Source: Dicyema japonicum (Eukaryota; Animalia; Dicyemida). Taken from it: a stretch of 64,000 nt of DNA. The stretch covers positions 927,261 to 991,260 of the forward strand of contig RDEW01000007.1 in NCBI GenBank assembly GCA_011109175.1, given 5' to 3'. Below the pieces are notes generated by a model. That model searched no databases, had not been told where the DNA came from, and saw only the letters and a program-made list of their open reading frames with translations. Below are positions 11,955 through 24,607 of this stretch, in pieces (the stretch's first letter is position 1; each line of letters begins with the position of its first letter). The position numbers were made by a program, and so were the translations under genes.

Positions 11955-12139
11955 TAACAGTGGAAATATAATTTTTTTGTTATACTTGTTTATGGTTGTA
12001 CTCTCTTTAAGGAGTGTGCTCTGTAACGGACGCACAAATACGGTAAAATTGATGGATAGACCAGGTAGTGTAGTGATTAGCTGCGAAATTTGTATCCCAC
12101 AACTTTGGGTAAGCATTCTGCTTTTTGTCTTCAATTCCT

Positions 12140-12290
12140 TAAGGCGCCGTGGAGATTCAGTGCCTGGTCGTTATCCATAAATGTATCCTTCCTATTCCCA
12201 GTTGAGAGTTTCCCATTATTGCAGATGTGGATGGACGTGTTGATGGGAATCTATGTCCCCATTCCGACTGGGGGAACTGGATAAAACCTG
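12140..12290 (+). mobile_element. SINE-like element, subfamily 2, partial
   Basis: cagtgcctgg..ccttcctatt..ttcccat..tggatggac..gggaactggata aligns with 9060-9200 reverse complement. Confidence 0.65.
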
Positions 12291-13029
12291 TTTCAAGTAT
12301 TTGAGGCTATTAAAAATTGACAAATATTCGATGATTTAATAAACATGAACAAATTTACTCAATTCTTCATTCACTGATTTTATTGTTCACGTTAAGTACC
12401 AAGAGCTTCTCGATCGACTCACGTTCCGTGCGAATGGCGTTAAGTTCAAATTTACAATTACTGCGGCACATAAATTGAGTTTTGTCAATTTTCAATAAAG
12501 AGCGGTTTTATTACTGAGGTTTTCGAATTGGAAGATAAAGTGAAGAAATCGAGTAAAAACCGTTCATTAACTATAAAAATATGATAAATCACCGAAAGAA
12601 ACGATCAGATTCGATGCCACAACACTCGTCTTTGGAAGAAGGAATCTCCGAGAGGCACACTCCAATCGAAAAAGTCTTGTAATAGATTCGTCCAAGTGGA
12701 AAGACTCCTGCAATCTAGTGCGGCGTATATGGCAATTCAGTTCTAAAGTTTCTTCGTGAAAGTCTTTTTCGTGTGTGGTGAACTACATAAGCCTCTCCGT
12801 TATGTTTGTTCCTTACCGACTTTGACAATTTATGTAAGGTCCTTTACATGATTCGAGCTTAGGCTCTCTAGGCCGGGACTGCTCCCCGTGAAGATGAACG
12901 GAGGGTATAAATATCATTGTATGATGGAGACTGAGTCATCTCGAATGAGACAAAAAGGAATTGCTAAGTAAATGAAAGAAAAAACAGGTTCGAATTTGCA
13001 AAAAATGTCAATGTATTTATTCAAAACAT

Positions 13030-13320
13030 TGAACAAGCATACAGTTTCCTAGCTTAAACCACTATATGGGGTAGTTGACTTTTCAACAGCGGAGATGGAG
13101 AAGAACGGAAGTACATTCTTGGGATTATTCATCGATGCAATTTACATATTATGTGGTGACATAGGATTCCAACATTACTAAATTCTACACGGAGTACTTA
13201 ATACAATTCAAGTAGATATCCAAGCATAACACAGACAACTGTGCCAAAGAGAACCCTTGAGAGCATAGCTGTGCAAGCCCACTTGTGCAAATTACAATGA
13301 AGAGGACAATAGTAGAGTCA
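13030..13320 (+). mobile_element. Decayed restriction-like-endonuclease C-terminus of the R4/Dong-like family
   Basis: TAEMEK.RKY, VVT*DSNITKFYTEYLIQ and TVPKRTLESI match TVEVEKKRKY, VMTWEGIATKYHKGYLKQ and TVLKRTLESL at 48780-49000. Confidence 0.7.
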
Positions 13321-13329
13321 TAAAAGACA

Positions 13330-15090
13330 TGTGATCCCTAAAAAAAAACTAAGTGATCCCGACGAATTGAATCATGGCTATCATCTTTGCTCGGTGTCGA
13401 TTTCTTGAGCCTACACAAGTTCGCTGCGGGCGAGCATTTCCTTCTTGGCATTTTTTGTTCTTTCTTATTTTTTCAATTAGTGTCTCAAGGGCGTCCGTGA
13501 TTTGATATTATCCCTGTATACCATCTTTCAGTTAGTTTGAAGGCCCTTTTCTGGGTTACGGAGATTTTCTGAGTGTCGTATAAGAGGCCAATGGTCCCCA
13601 TGAAGCACATGCATATGAAATGCATGGTTCAATGTACTGTGAGTAGAGCGTTGTAAGTATAGGGTGATGTCCAATTTTCCATAGACCTGTTATGCATTTC
13701 AGAAGGTTGATTTTCTTCTCACATTTGATCAGCACGTTAGTGACATGTCTCGTAAAGTTCATGTGTGTATCGAAAGTCAGACCCAATATTTTTTTGCATT
13801 TGCTGATAGGCAATCCTCTTCCCTTCACAGTAACTTCTATTTCTTGTTCGACAATCTTTTGTCCGAGGTATAGAGTTGTAACAGATTTCGGTGTTGATAT
13901 CCGATTTTCATTAAACCATTCGAGTAGTCGATCGAGGTGCTGTAGTATTCTTCCCGTCGCTGTTTGGATGTTCTGATCCTGTGAGGCCAAGACGATATCG
14001 TCTGCATAAGCCAGGAGCAGGTCGTCTTTTCCATTAGGCGTCGGAATGTCACCCGTAAATAAGTTGAATAAGATTGGTGATAGCGGCGAAACCCAGGGGT
14101 ACCATATTTGGGAATAAACGGGAGACATAATGAGTTTTTTTCAGTGCAACAGTCTTCCTCTTCCGTCCGCTAAGGAAGTTAGGATGTCCAGTGAACACAG
14201 ATTTCTGATTCTTGGCTTGAACAGAAATACAGAGCGAATAAAGTTAGTTAGGGATCTGAGGAAGCTTGTTGTGGACCGATCCGAATAAAGTTAGTTAGGG
14301 ATCTGAGGAAGTTTTGAAACCATGCTGGACGGTTTATCGGAAGTCCTTTCAGTGATTTTTGCGAGGATGAGCTTTTCCAGAATTTTTGACATGGAGCACA
14401 AGAGAGAAATCGGCCTGAAGGAAGCTGGGTCTTCTTTCGGGAACTGGGCGGATGTTTGCAAGTTTCTATATCGTTGGGATTGAGATTTTAATCGACCACT
14501 TAGAGATTTTGGTCAGGGTACCGATTCCCTCATTGCCTAGGTTTTTCAGGAGAATTACGGGAATTCCGTCTGGACCATGTGAATGTGTTACTTTTTGTTT
14601 GGCTTAGGGATGCCATTACCTTTTTTCTATAAAATGAGTTAATTGATCCCTTTTCGGTTTTCTTAGCGGCGGTTTGGGTGGGTCAGTCCTTATTTGGCGT
14701 TTGTGAGAGGTTTTTCGCGTTATTATGGCGTTTAGGTCCTTTTGGCTGAATTCGTCGTTTCCGGGTGTCCTTTCATCCACCTTCGAGATATTTCGAATGG
14801 TTTTCCAGACTTCGGATGTTGACCGGTTACGATTTAATGACGTAGGGACCATCTTCCATTTTGATCTCTGTATTTTGAATTCTTTGACTTTTATTTCCTC
14901 GTTTCGACGGATCCTTGCTTTTTTGAGACAGTTTTTTTCCTTGACCAGAGGCTTCCTTCCGTACTCACTCGTGTAAACGGTATATCTTTTAGGGTCCAGA
15001 ATGACCTTGTTAAAGTAAGTAACCGCGATGTCAAGGGATGTAAAGTTTTCTTGCCAAATGTTGATCCGTAACTGATCGGAATAACTGCCA
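13330..15090 (-). mobile_element. 5'-truncated I/Jockey-like LINE (RT domain + 3' tail)
   Basis: GPDGIP, FRPISLLCSMSKILEKL, LAYADD, KILGLTFD, ISYACASWG; internal 30-bp direct duplication at 14235-14264/14282-14311. Confidence 0.9.
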
Positions 15091-15169
15091 ATTTGCTTGC
15101 TATTTTAATTCAAATTGTGTATTACAGCTGTGTCTTGTCAAATTGATCTTCTCCTTCTAGATCAATCAT

Positions 15170-16240
15170 TCCTGTGGCAGATACTCCTTTAACATGATGA
15201 TGTATCAATGTGTTCGTTTAAGCCACTTTTTCGTGTTTTTTAATTATTATGATAGACCCTTCTAACAACTCGATCACCGATGTTAAAAAAATATAAATAT
15301 CATTCTTCCACATTCTTTTTGTTAACATTTTTCTTTCAGCATTGTTTGAATTCAAAATTGCTTTTGTTCTCGAAATTTCATTTGATGACCAAAAACCATT
15401 CAAGATATTCAGTTGCTTCAGTTTGTGTTTCTTCATTCCATGAATCAATTTGCTTGAATATTTCATTCATTTCCTTTTCTGAGTAATGATTATTTATGGT
15501 TTTTATTGGCAGAAACTCCGAACATCAATTTAAAAGGAGCGTGCAAAGTTGTTAAATCTAGACAGAATTATAGGAACTTGTAATTTCTTCAATTATGTCT
15601 ATCCACTTGAAATTCAAATTTTTTGAAGAAATCATAAATTTCAATGTCTGATTCAGACGCTCGACTTGTCCCTGCATCCAAGGACACCTAGGACGTCCCT
15701 GAAGTGTTTTATTGAACATAACTCGAACATTTTTTTATTTACAAATTCCTTGCCATTGTCCGTGTGCAAAATGGTTGGCTTTCCAAACATTAAAATTATG
15801 CTCTTTATTGCACTTGACACCTCCGTAGCCGATTTTCTCTTTAGAGGTCTTGTCCAGCAAAATTTGGAAAAAGGAATCCACCCAACCAAAAGCCAGCAAA
15901 AATATTCATGAAATTTGAAGTGTCGTAGATCAACTAACCAAAAATATACCTGAAATTAGAATAGTTAACTAGTACCTATCTCTCACTGTATATGCTCTGA
16001 TAAGTGTTATAGTTGGTCGAGAATTCATAAGCCGTCTTGCCAGACATTGTGAACAAGACCTGAGAACAACCATAACTTCATCTCTGATCCATAGACTAGA
16101 TTTTTTAGAAGAGAAAAGAAGTCTATCACGATCAGGATGTCCATTTTTGAGGTGAACATTTTCAATAAATATCCTCTTCTGTTCATCTTCTTCCACAGCG
16201 AACACGTGCAATAAAACAGAGTAAAATAGAAACATTCATA
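15170..16240 (-). mobile_element. Ginger-type (KRBA2-like) DDE integrase pseudogene
   Basis: H..NGH...C..C zinc-binding motif (VHLKNGHPDRDR...SCSQC), FSKFCWTRPLKRKSATEV, KPTILHTDNGKEFVN, FNIGDRV; stops and frameshifts; no TIR found. Confidence 0.8.
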
Positions 16241-16449
16241 ACAAAAACAAGCGTGAGCAAAAATCTATTACTATTCTATCTGATGTAAGCCTTAAGAAAA
16301 TAAAAATTCGTGAGAAATTTAAATTATTAAAATTACTAATCATTATAAAGATAGGAATTAATTAATTTATTGATTTAATTTTCATTAAAAAATTATTGAT
16401 TTCTAACGACTTTAACGGCTCGTATTCAACCTGGGCTCGTATTTAACAG

Positions 16450-17360
16450 GTCACATTTAATAACCCCGAGAAGGGAACACCAAAAAAGAAGTAAACCAAC
16501 TAATTAAGTGATCCCGGTACACCTCAAAAGGATCGAGAGGTTTTTCTTATGCTCCTCTAGAGTACTCACGGCTTCCTGTATCGAAGACGATCACCTTTCA
16601 TTAGATTTTGAAGAGGGGTGGGTTTCCCCAATTTACGTGTATTTGAGGCTTCTAGTCTTGAATGGAAGAAACGACTTGTTTTGTGACCACATAGACCGAT
16701 GAAACCGGAGCCGTTGTTTTCGATTGAGGCGTGGTAAAGCATTGGGGGAAAAGATCGGGGGTAGATTCGTTAGACGTACCAATTTGGCTGTTAGGGAATT
16801 GATCTTGTACAAATTGGATATTGAAACTCCATAAGCCCATGAGGCACAAGCATACTCTACCGTCGGCGCAATAACTTGAAGATATGCTTTGCTGATCCAA
16901 GCAGCAGGAGGGAAGGGGGAGGGGCTCTTCTTTGCGATGGCTTTTAGGAAGTTCCATTTTCGAAGACCCTTGGTTAACACTCCTCCATGTGACTGACAAA
17001 CGTCATCATAGAGTCGAAAGTTACTCCAAGGATCTTCTGGACTCGTGTATAAGGGGTGGAATGTTTCCGAGGAATATCTCAAGTCCACCTTTAAAACTTC
17101 TGTCCGTAGTAAATAGCGTGAACTGAGACTTGGGTGCAGACACAGACAGCAAATTCATGGATAGCCAGTCACACACCTGGTTGAGGTGTGACTGAGCCAC
17201 AGCCCTGGAGGGAGATTTGTCCCTTGCAGCGATAATCAAAGTCGTCCGCATAAGATAAAAACATGGTGTCCTGATCATTGGTAGTAGGTAAATCGAGTAG
17301 AAATAAGTTAAGTAAGTGAGGAGCCTTGCGGGACTCCATTGGAGAGTAATCTTGGATAAA
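16450..17360 (-). mobile_element. 5'-truncated I/Jockey-like LINE with 3' tail
   Basis: SNGVPQGS, QSHLNQVCDWL, IAPTVEYACASW; tail gggatcacttaattagttgg...ggggttatta. Confidence 0.85.
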
Positions 17361-17499
17361 TCATTAATGAAACGCTAAAATTGATAGGTCTAAACTCAAA
17401 ATAATTAAAAAAAATAAAGATTTAAATTTTAATATATTAAATTCACTGAAATAGTGTTGTTTAACAAAAAAATCGTTAAAATAATTTTTTGATGTTTCC

Positions 17500-20400
17500 T
17501 TTTTTGGTGAGGTGGTGACGTGCCTCGTTTCTTGATTGGATCGCAATTGAGAAAATGTCTAAAAGGCAATGGATACAAAGGGATGCATCTCGTCTAAAAG
17601 TCCTTACGTTCAATGCTAGAGGCTTATCTACGACCTGGTCGAGGAAGATTCTCTGTGATGACCTGGAGAGATACGACGTATCTATTGGGTGTCTACAAGA
17701 GACGAAAGTTACTTGTAGCCTTGATGAAAACTTTGGCGAATATCGAATTATATGTCAGCCGAGCGACTCAAAACATTATGGACTTGGATTTGCCATCCAC
17801 TCAAAGTTGACAAGTGCAGTCCACCGTATATGGAGTGTGAATGACAGGATCTGTGTTATACAAATCCGGCTAAACGACTTACCTCCTTCGAAGAGCTTTC
17901 TGACAATTGTAAATGTTTATGCGCCACACTGCGGGAGAGTAGCGAAAGATCCGACAGAACTAGACGACTTCTATTCAACACTGTTACGGACGTACAACGA
18001 ATATGAGTCGTCATCACTAATACTCATTGCTGGGATTTGAATGCAAAAGTCGGGATGAAGAATAACCCGGATGATGTTTTCTTGGGAGAACATGGACGTG
18101 GAATAAGAAATTTACCCGGGACAATACTTGGTCACTTTTGTATGGCAAACAACCTTTTCCTATGCAATACTGCATTTACGCATCCTGCCTGCCACAAAAC
18201 TACGTGGATGGGGAAGCGAAGGAACTCAGAAGGAAAGCTGGTCCAATATACAACCAAATCGATTATGTCATATGCCGGGCTAAAGACAAACACCTTCTAG
18301 TAAACGCACGTTCATATGAAGGTTCGACGACTGTCAGCGACCACAAGATGGTTATTGCGACCTTCACCCTGAAAAAACATGCCATTAAATACAGGAATGC
18401 AAAAAATCACGAATTTGAGAAAATCAGAGGCGACTACGCGACTGAAAGGCTGATTTCTCAACCGGAGACTACTGAGAGATATCAACAATACATTCAGACT
18501 AATTTGCAGGACGTATTGGTGGATACCACGCTAGAAGACGCCTGGAAACGCACAAAGGACACCATCAACGAAGCTGCTGAAGCATGTCTTGGCAAAAGGG
18601 AGAATAGTAAAATGCACCTGAAGGCTATTCATCCAGATGTTCCTGAGCTTGCGAAAAGTCTAAAAGAAATAAATATGAGAAAATCAAATGCCACTGACAC
18701 TAATGCGATAAAAGCCCTTCAAGGCGAAAGACAACGTGTCAGAAGAAAAATAAAGGGTCTGAACAAGAAGCTTTTCATAGAAGAAATAGCCTCCTGTATA
18801 GAAGAAGTAAACAAAGTGAAAGACAACGCACAGGTGTACGTCGCTGCCCGTTTGCTGCGGCGAACAAACCGAAGTCGACTAACCATAAAAGACGAGAACG
18901 GTAAGCTGATACTGAACACCAAAGAACAAACTGAAGCCATCGCGGCTCACTTTGAGAAGCTTTTCAACATCAAAACCATAGAAATCCACCCATTTGATGG
19001 AAGGCCAAGACCCCTTAAGATACCAATCACGGCCGAGGAAATCAAAACGGCCTGCCGAAAACTCAAGAATAACAGAAGCCCCGGACCAGATGCGATAAAC
19101 CCAGAACTACTGAAATACGGCCCTGACCTCCTTTTTGAAAAAATCGCTACACTACTAAATGAAATGTTTTCAACTAACTCAACTCTACCTCTGGGTACGG
19201 GACTACTAATCCCCATACAAAAAACTAACAAAAACAGAGGACCGCTCGAAAATTTGCGACCCATCATACTACTAAATTCATTACGCAAAGTCTTGGCAAA
19301 CATTGTGCTTGAACGAATAAAAGGACCTGCTTACAAATACCTACCAGATAGTCAAAGTGGTTTTCGAGAAGGGAGATCCACAGCTGATGCGGTCTGGAGT
19401 CACAGATGGAGGTGTGCAACATATCAAAGATACCGTAACGCCACCAATATTTTGGGAATTGACCTATCAAGAGCTTTTGATACGGTTAACAGGAACAAAT
19501 TAATGGGGGTACTGGCGGATTTCTTGATGAATCGAGTCTAAGGATGATCCGAATTCTACTTTCTAACACTGAGCTCCTTGTGAGAGTCGGAAAAACCTAT
19601 TCAAGAAAATTTGAAACAAATACGGGCACTCCACAAGGAGACTCTCTTTCTCCTCTACTATTCACAATTTATTTGGAAGCCGCTATGAGGGAACTTAGAC
19701 CGTCATACCAAGGAAAGACGGAAGAAGTAATCTACGCGGACGATGTAGACCTAATTTCTGAAGACAAAGAGGTCCTGGAAAACCTATTAGAAAAAGCACC
19801 AGATGTACTAGGGAAATGGTTTCTTACTGTGAACAGAGAAAAACAGAACTCACAGAGATAAGAAGGATGAGTAACGTCCTAGAAGAGAAGTGGCGACAAG
19901 TAAAGAAACTCGGTTCACTTATGGGAGATAGCGAAGATATTTTACGTAGGAAAACTCTAGCCAATGCTGCGTTATATAAACTGAAGAATTTATGGCTCAA
20001 TCAAAAAGGCATCGACACAAAAATGAGAATCCTACTATACGACTCATTCATAAAACCCGTACTTTTATATAACGCTGGAATTGGGCGACCTCAATCAGCG
20101 GATATGAAAAACTAGACTCGTTCCACAGAGGTCAACTGAGAAAAATAACAGGAACTACTTGGCCTACGAGAATATCTAGGAATGCTTTATATAAGAGATG
20201 CAGCACTAGACCTATCAGCTTAGAAGTACTGGAATCCCGATGGAGGCTCTTCAGACACGTGCTGAGGATGGAATTAACTTCCCACCGAACATATCTATGG
20301 AAACATACTATGTTAGTGAAGAAGGCCGCTATCGGGGAAGACCAAGAACAACACTGCCAATAGTCTTACAAAAAGACCTGGTCAGTATAAAAAAAACCTA

Positions 20401-20552
20401 ACAAATGCCGACGACCTGGACAGCATGAGAGCCTTGGCTAGGAACAGGGAGCATGGAAAAGGATGACATCTAACCTTGTTTCTTTTGCTGCACATGCGGG
20501 GCTATAATTAGTATGGCTCTTGTGAAGTGCTTAAATAATAATAATAATAATA
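17500..20552 (+). mobile_element. Near full-length RTE-clade LINE (APE + RT), (TAA)n tail, probable TSD
   Basis: TFNARGL, CLQETK, VNVYAPH, GDLNAKVG, NQIDY, SDHKMV, PGPDAI, LRPIILLN, QSGFR, DLSRAFDTV, QGDSLSPLLF, YADD, GRPRTTLP; (taa)6 tail; atgtttcc at 17492-17499 and 20553-20560. Confidence 0.95.
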
Positions 20553-20753
20553 ATGTTTCCCTTACAATAACTGAACTTGCAGTAGCAATCTATTTACTGC
20601 CACAAAAAAATTTGAAATTCCGCATTTATAAGTGGATATGTTCAACCTCTTCCGACTACTATCTGAAAAGTGGAACTTTGATTGGTTGACTATCTACTAA
20701 AAACGAATGAAATAAATTATATAAGAGGTTGAGATGATATCCCACAAATTCAA

Positions 20754-21998
20754 ATGAATCCTAAAATAGAAAAAGTGGCAAAAATCTGTAATGTAATCAC
20801 AGAACTCAGTTTTTCTGTTAATAATATCAATTTGGCTGTGCAGTTTGCTCCAATCACAGGCCGTTAGGTGGGGGTTTTCTCATTCATAAGTCAATAATAA
20901 ACGACCTCATCTACCCTGACCACCAGATTTTAATTTATCCCTCGTTTTCAGGAAGTTCACTAGAACAGAAGGAAAGCGATAAAGTTTTTCAATCCGATTA
21001 AAAAAAATTACTTAAAGAGATTTAAACACGACACAATAAGGCAGACACCACAAAGTTGAGAAATTTAAATGAAACTCAAATTTAAATTTGGACGAGCGAT
21101 TTTTTTTGTAATTTAATTTCTGAGGACTAGTTGACCCTTCTTATTATTTTATTCCGCAAAAATAAGTTCCCAGACTTTCAAATAAGGTACAAGTTTTTGT
21201 ACGTCGTGATCTCTGGTTGAATATGAATTGTTATCAGATCCAAGCCACGTGGAAAGGAGGAATGGCATACGGAACACGTGGGGGAATCTAGAAATGATGA
21301 GGAAAATGAATTCCAAAATTGTTTTCTTTGTTGGACAAAGTAAGGTGGGGGATACTCTGTCGATAGTGGCAAACGAGCGGCAAATTCACAATGACGTTGT
21401 TATCAAGAATTTCAACGAAGACTACACGAATTTGACTATCAAAGTCGAAAGTGCACTCACGTGGGCATTAACTGAATATGAGGATTTTGATTACTTGGTT
21501 AAAATAGACGACGATGTGCTCCTTAATATAGAAAATTTTGTCTTCTACCTGCATAGTAGCATGACGGGGGAACTAGACGGTCTAGGACCATTCATATATT
21601 GTTCACTCAACGAAAATCCCGTACCAATAAGAGATCCTACAAGCAAATGGTACCACTCATCATTTATCAAGGTTTGTTTCAAAAAATGAGTATCCAAATT
21701 CGACGTATCCGGATTTTTGCTGCGGACCCACGTATTTGATGCCTAAAGCGTCGATTCGTCTTATTTTGGATAACTGCCAAAATATACTCAAGTTGAAACT
21801 CGAGGATGTCTACTTTACGGGTATTTTGTTTTGGGGACAATAGGGCTGTGTAGAGCGGCTAATCACATTCCAGTGATTACGCACAGTAAATTTAATCTCA
21901 AAAATTCCCGCTTTTGTGAATTTTATGATTATGCAACATTCGTCAATCATTCTGAGGATTCGTTGATTGATGTACTCAGTGTAATCAATCACTGCTAA
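20754..21998 (+). CDS. GT31 beta-1,3-galactosyltransferase-family protein; 5' exons uncertain
   Basis: YKFLYVVIS|DPSHVERRNGIRNTWG, NFNEDYTNLTIK, YLVKIDDDV, YPDFCCGPTYLM, LEDVYFT|GLC, with 22- and 23-nt introns. Confidence 0.85.
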
Positions 21999-22364
21999 TA
22001 GTCACATTTGGATCATTGATTTGTTGCTTATGGGATTTTAATATTAACTTTTGGATTAGCCCATATGGCCAGGCTAAGCGGGAAATTATTGTTCTATTTT
22101 ACGTCTCCACCTTTCCTTTCTAAGATGGTGGTCAGATCTTTATTATTACTGCATATTAACCCCAAATGAACATACCTTTCCAAGGATCCACCATTGTGGG
22201 AATTAAAGAAAAGAGACCCTCTTCATGTTGGCCAGGTATTGGACGTCTCCTGATAAGTAGATCCAACAATGTCTCTAGGAATTGAAGGAGGCTAAAGGAA
22301 ATCTTTCGATTGAGTAGTGGCAAAGTAGGCTTCACAAGACTCGACAATTTTATTCTATTTATTA

Positions 22365-23200
22365 ATCCGAGACCACTGCTAAAAACCGAGAGTAACTAAG
22401 TGATCCCAATATGTTCCAACAATGCCCTCAGCTGGCACAGTGGTCCTCCCTTGAACCTACAAAGCCTTTAAAAAGGAATATAGGTTTATCAGTAATAATG
22501 TCAACATTAAATAGGCTCTCAGATGTCCCCCTGGTAGAGAAACCTACAGAAAAGGAGACGTTTCCATGAGTGCTCATTTTCCGGAAATCCACTGTTCAGT
22601 CACTCAGTATTCACTTTTCTGTGCATCTGTAATTTTCTCAGCATCGATCCAAGAGATTAATGCGCTCCGGGAAGCCTATGCTTCATACTTTCACGTCCTA
22701 TAATCACATTTTTCAACGTGCGATTTGCATGTCGAAGAAGATTCCCAGGATCTTTTGTTATTATCCGCTTACTTTTCTGTCTAAATTGTAGTGACTCATT
22801 TCTCAGGGCTAAGTGACGGGCAGTTGTCTCCTAGCCATACGTTGAGACGATCTCTATGTGCGAGATTGGAACATGGGACCTAATGATAGGTGATCCGGAA
22901 CTTACTACACTGCACCATCGGGTCAATTTGTCAGTGCGGTTAAGTAAGTGGATGCTCAGGGTTCCGTTTGAATCTGACTAAGACAAAGCGCTCCGAGATA
23001 TCCATCAATTTCGCGTCGAACCCTGGTGGTTCAGAGTAAACATAAAAATCACTAACAACTCTTCATGCCAGAGATGGATGATGTCCACATCGTAACGTCC
23101 CTCGGAAAAATCAGATCTGAATACACATCTTACTATTAGAGTCTGCCTTTCCATAAGCCTAACAAAGTTCATATTAACTCTATGGATGACTTTGGTATGT
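22365..23200 (-). mobile_element. Highly decayed LINE with intact 3' stem-loop tail
   Basis: Tail gggatcacttagtt..agtggtctcggattaat; upstream frames are only weakly RT-like. Confidence 0.5.
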
Positions 23201-23209
23201 CACGTGGTT

Positions 23210-23330
23210 ATTATTGCCCCAGGACCACTGGGTTAAGGGAAAAATATCCATCTAAGTGATCCAAGACTAACAAAAGGAAGGTCTAAACTGACGGAAGTGT
23301 CGAATGCACGTAGGATCCAGGTTCGAATTG
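23210..23330 (-). mobile_element. LINE 3' tail (family of 45650 and 57397 copies)
   Basis: Reverse complement ggatcacttag...acccagtggtcctggggcaataa matches 57461-57525. Confidence 0.7.
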
Positions 23331-23513
23331 CTTTACCCAAAATTAAAAGAACTTTGGAGATCACCAGTCAGAAACTGCATGTGCAGTTAATATGATTCCA
23401 CTCACGTGCTATGACCATTAACACGTGGCTTCATAGTATAATTTATCCCGAGCTTACTCAGATCAATCATGCGTAGCCAAAAACAAGCCTAAGCAGCCAA
23501 AATCCTTGACTTA

Positions 23514-23625
23514 TTAACTTAACCCATCACACACGAAAAGGGAAGGAAACGTCCTACAGCTGCACAAACTTCTCCAGTAAAGTGGGGGTGAACAAATGAT
23601 CTTTTCGTGCCACCGTGGAACGTTT
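23514..23625 (-). mobile_element. SINE-like element, deleted copy
   Basis: ggcacgaaaagatcatttgttcacccccactttactggag core matches the other copies. Confidence 0.7.
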
Positions 23626-23845
23626 TGGAAGTTACTAATATATAACACATTAAACAATAAGGCTCTTTCAGCAACACGAGACCTCAAAGTAAGCTTAATT
23701 GATCCCACGCTCAGTAAAGAGGTAAAAGCAACAGATACCATTAATACGACCAAATAAGTACTTAATTAGTAAATAATCAATTGAAGGCTTTCATCTTATT
23801 ATTAATAAACAAATCAATTTTTATTTTAGCAAATAATTAGAACAA

Positions 23846-24349
23846 TCAGACCATTTTTGTTAAAATGGAATTCACCCACCCAAGAAATCCCACTTTTGGC
23901 ACCAAATTATGGTCTTCGAATACTTTATACTAAACGATTATAGAACGGAGAACCCATCCATCATTTAAGGCCAACCACTCCGAGTAAAATCTGTCAATGA
24001 AGGATGAAAAAGTCTGCTTGATACATTCGGAAGCCGAAGGATACCGTATTGTTAGGTCGTAGGCAAACACCAAAAGCAAGATCAACTGGTACCAGCCGGT
24101 TTTTGTTTCATGCTCAATCCATTTTTCTAAAATTGCCAGCAAGCAGTTGTCCAATGGTATGTTTATGGCATCAAGGTTGCGGTTTATTACGGAGAAATAA
24201 GAGTTCTTTTCATCAGCAAAATTTTTAATGTAAGTAAAAATTAGTTCATATTGAGATTCATAAGCGATGTCATTTTTACAAGCAGTATTCACTATGTAAT
24301 GAATTAATGAAGATGTTGTCCACAAAGAATATCCACTAGAATCGTTCAT
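23846..24349 (-). CDS. Highly divergent Bcl-2-family protein (2 exons, ~159 aa)
   Basis: BH3-like IKNFADE, BH1-like TGWYQLILLLVFAYDL, BH2 EWLALNDGW. A 24-nt phase-0 intron follows the BH2 GW, the position conserved in Bcl-2/Bcl-xL genes. Confidence 0.7.
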
Positions 24350-24607
24350 AGTTATACGCGGCTATTTGTTACTATTTTTAAAATTATAACATTTTATACG
24401 AATAGGTTAGCCAATAAATAATTCTTAAATTAAAATAATTAATCTTTCAAAATAAATAAATAATTTCAAATCAGGATCACGTTTTATATAACTTTTAAAA
24501 CCCAGACCGCTTCATTTATTAAATAAATAAAATTCTGCTGAAAGCGGAGCGTCGCAGGAACAGAAAAACTGTGGAACTACGGAGGAGTAACGTGTTTGCT
24601 GTGGAAT

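Noticed and set aside
14235-14311. 30-bp direct repeat as LTR or TSD
   Set aside because: It lies inside a LINE RT region and is best explained as a local duplication during decay.
17500-17555. HDV-like ribozyme in the RTE 5' UTR
   Set aside because: Only a short gagg/cctc stem; too short for the nested double pseudoknot.
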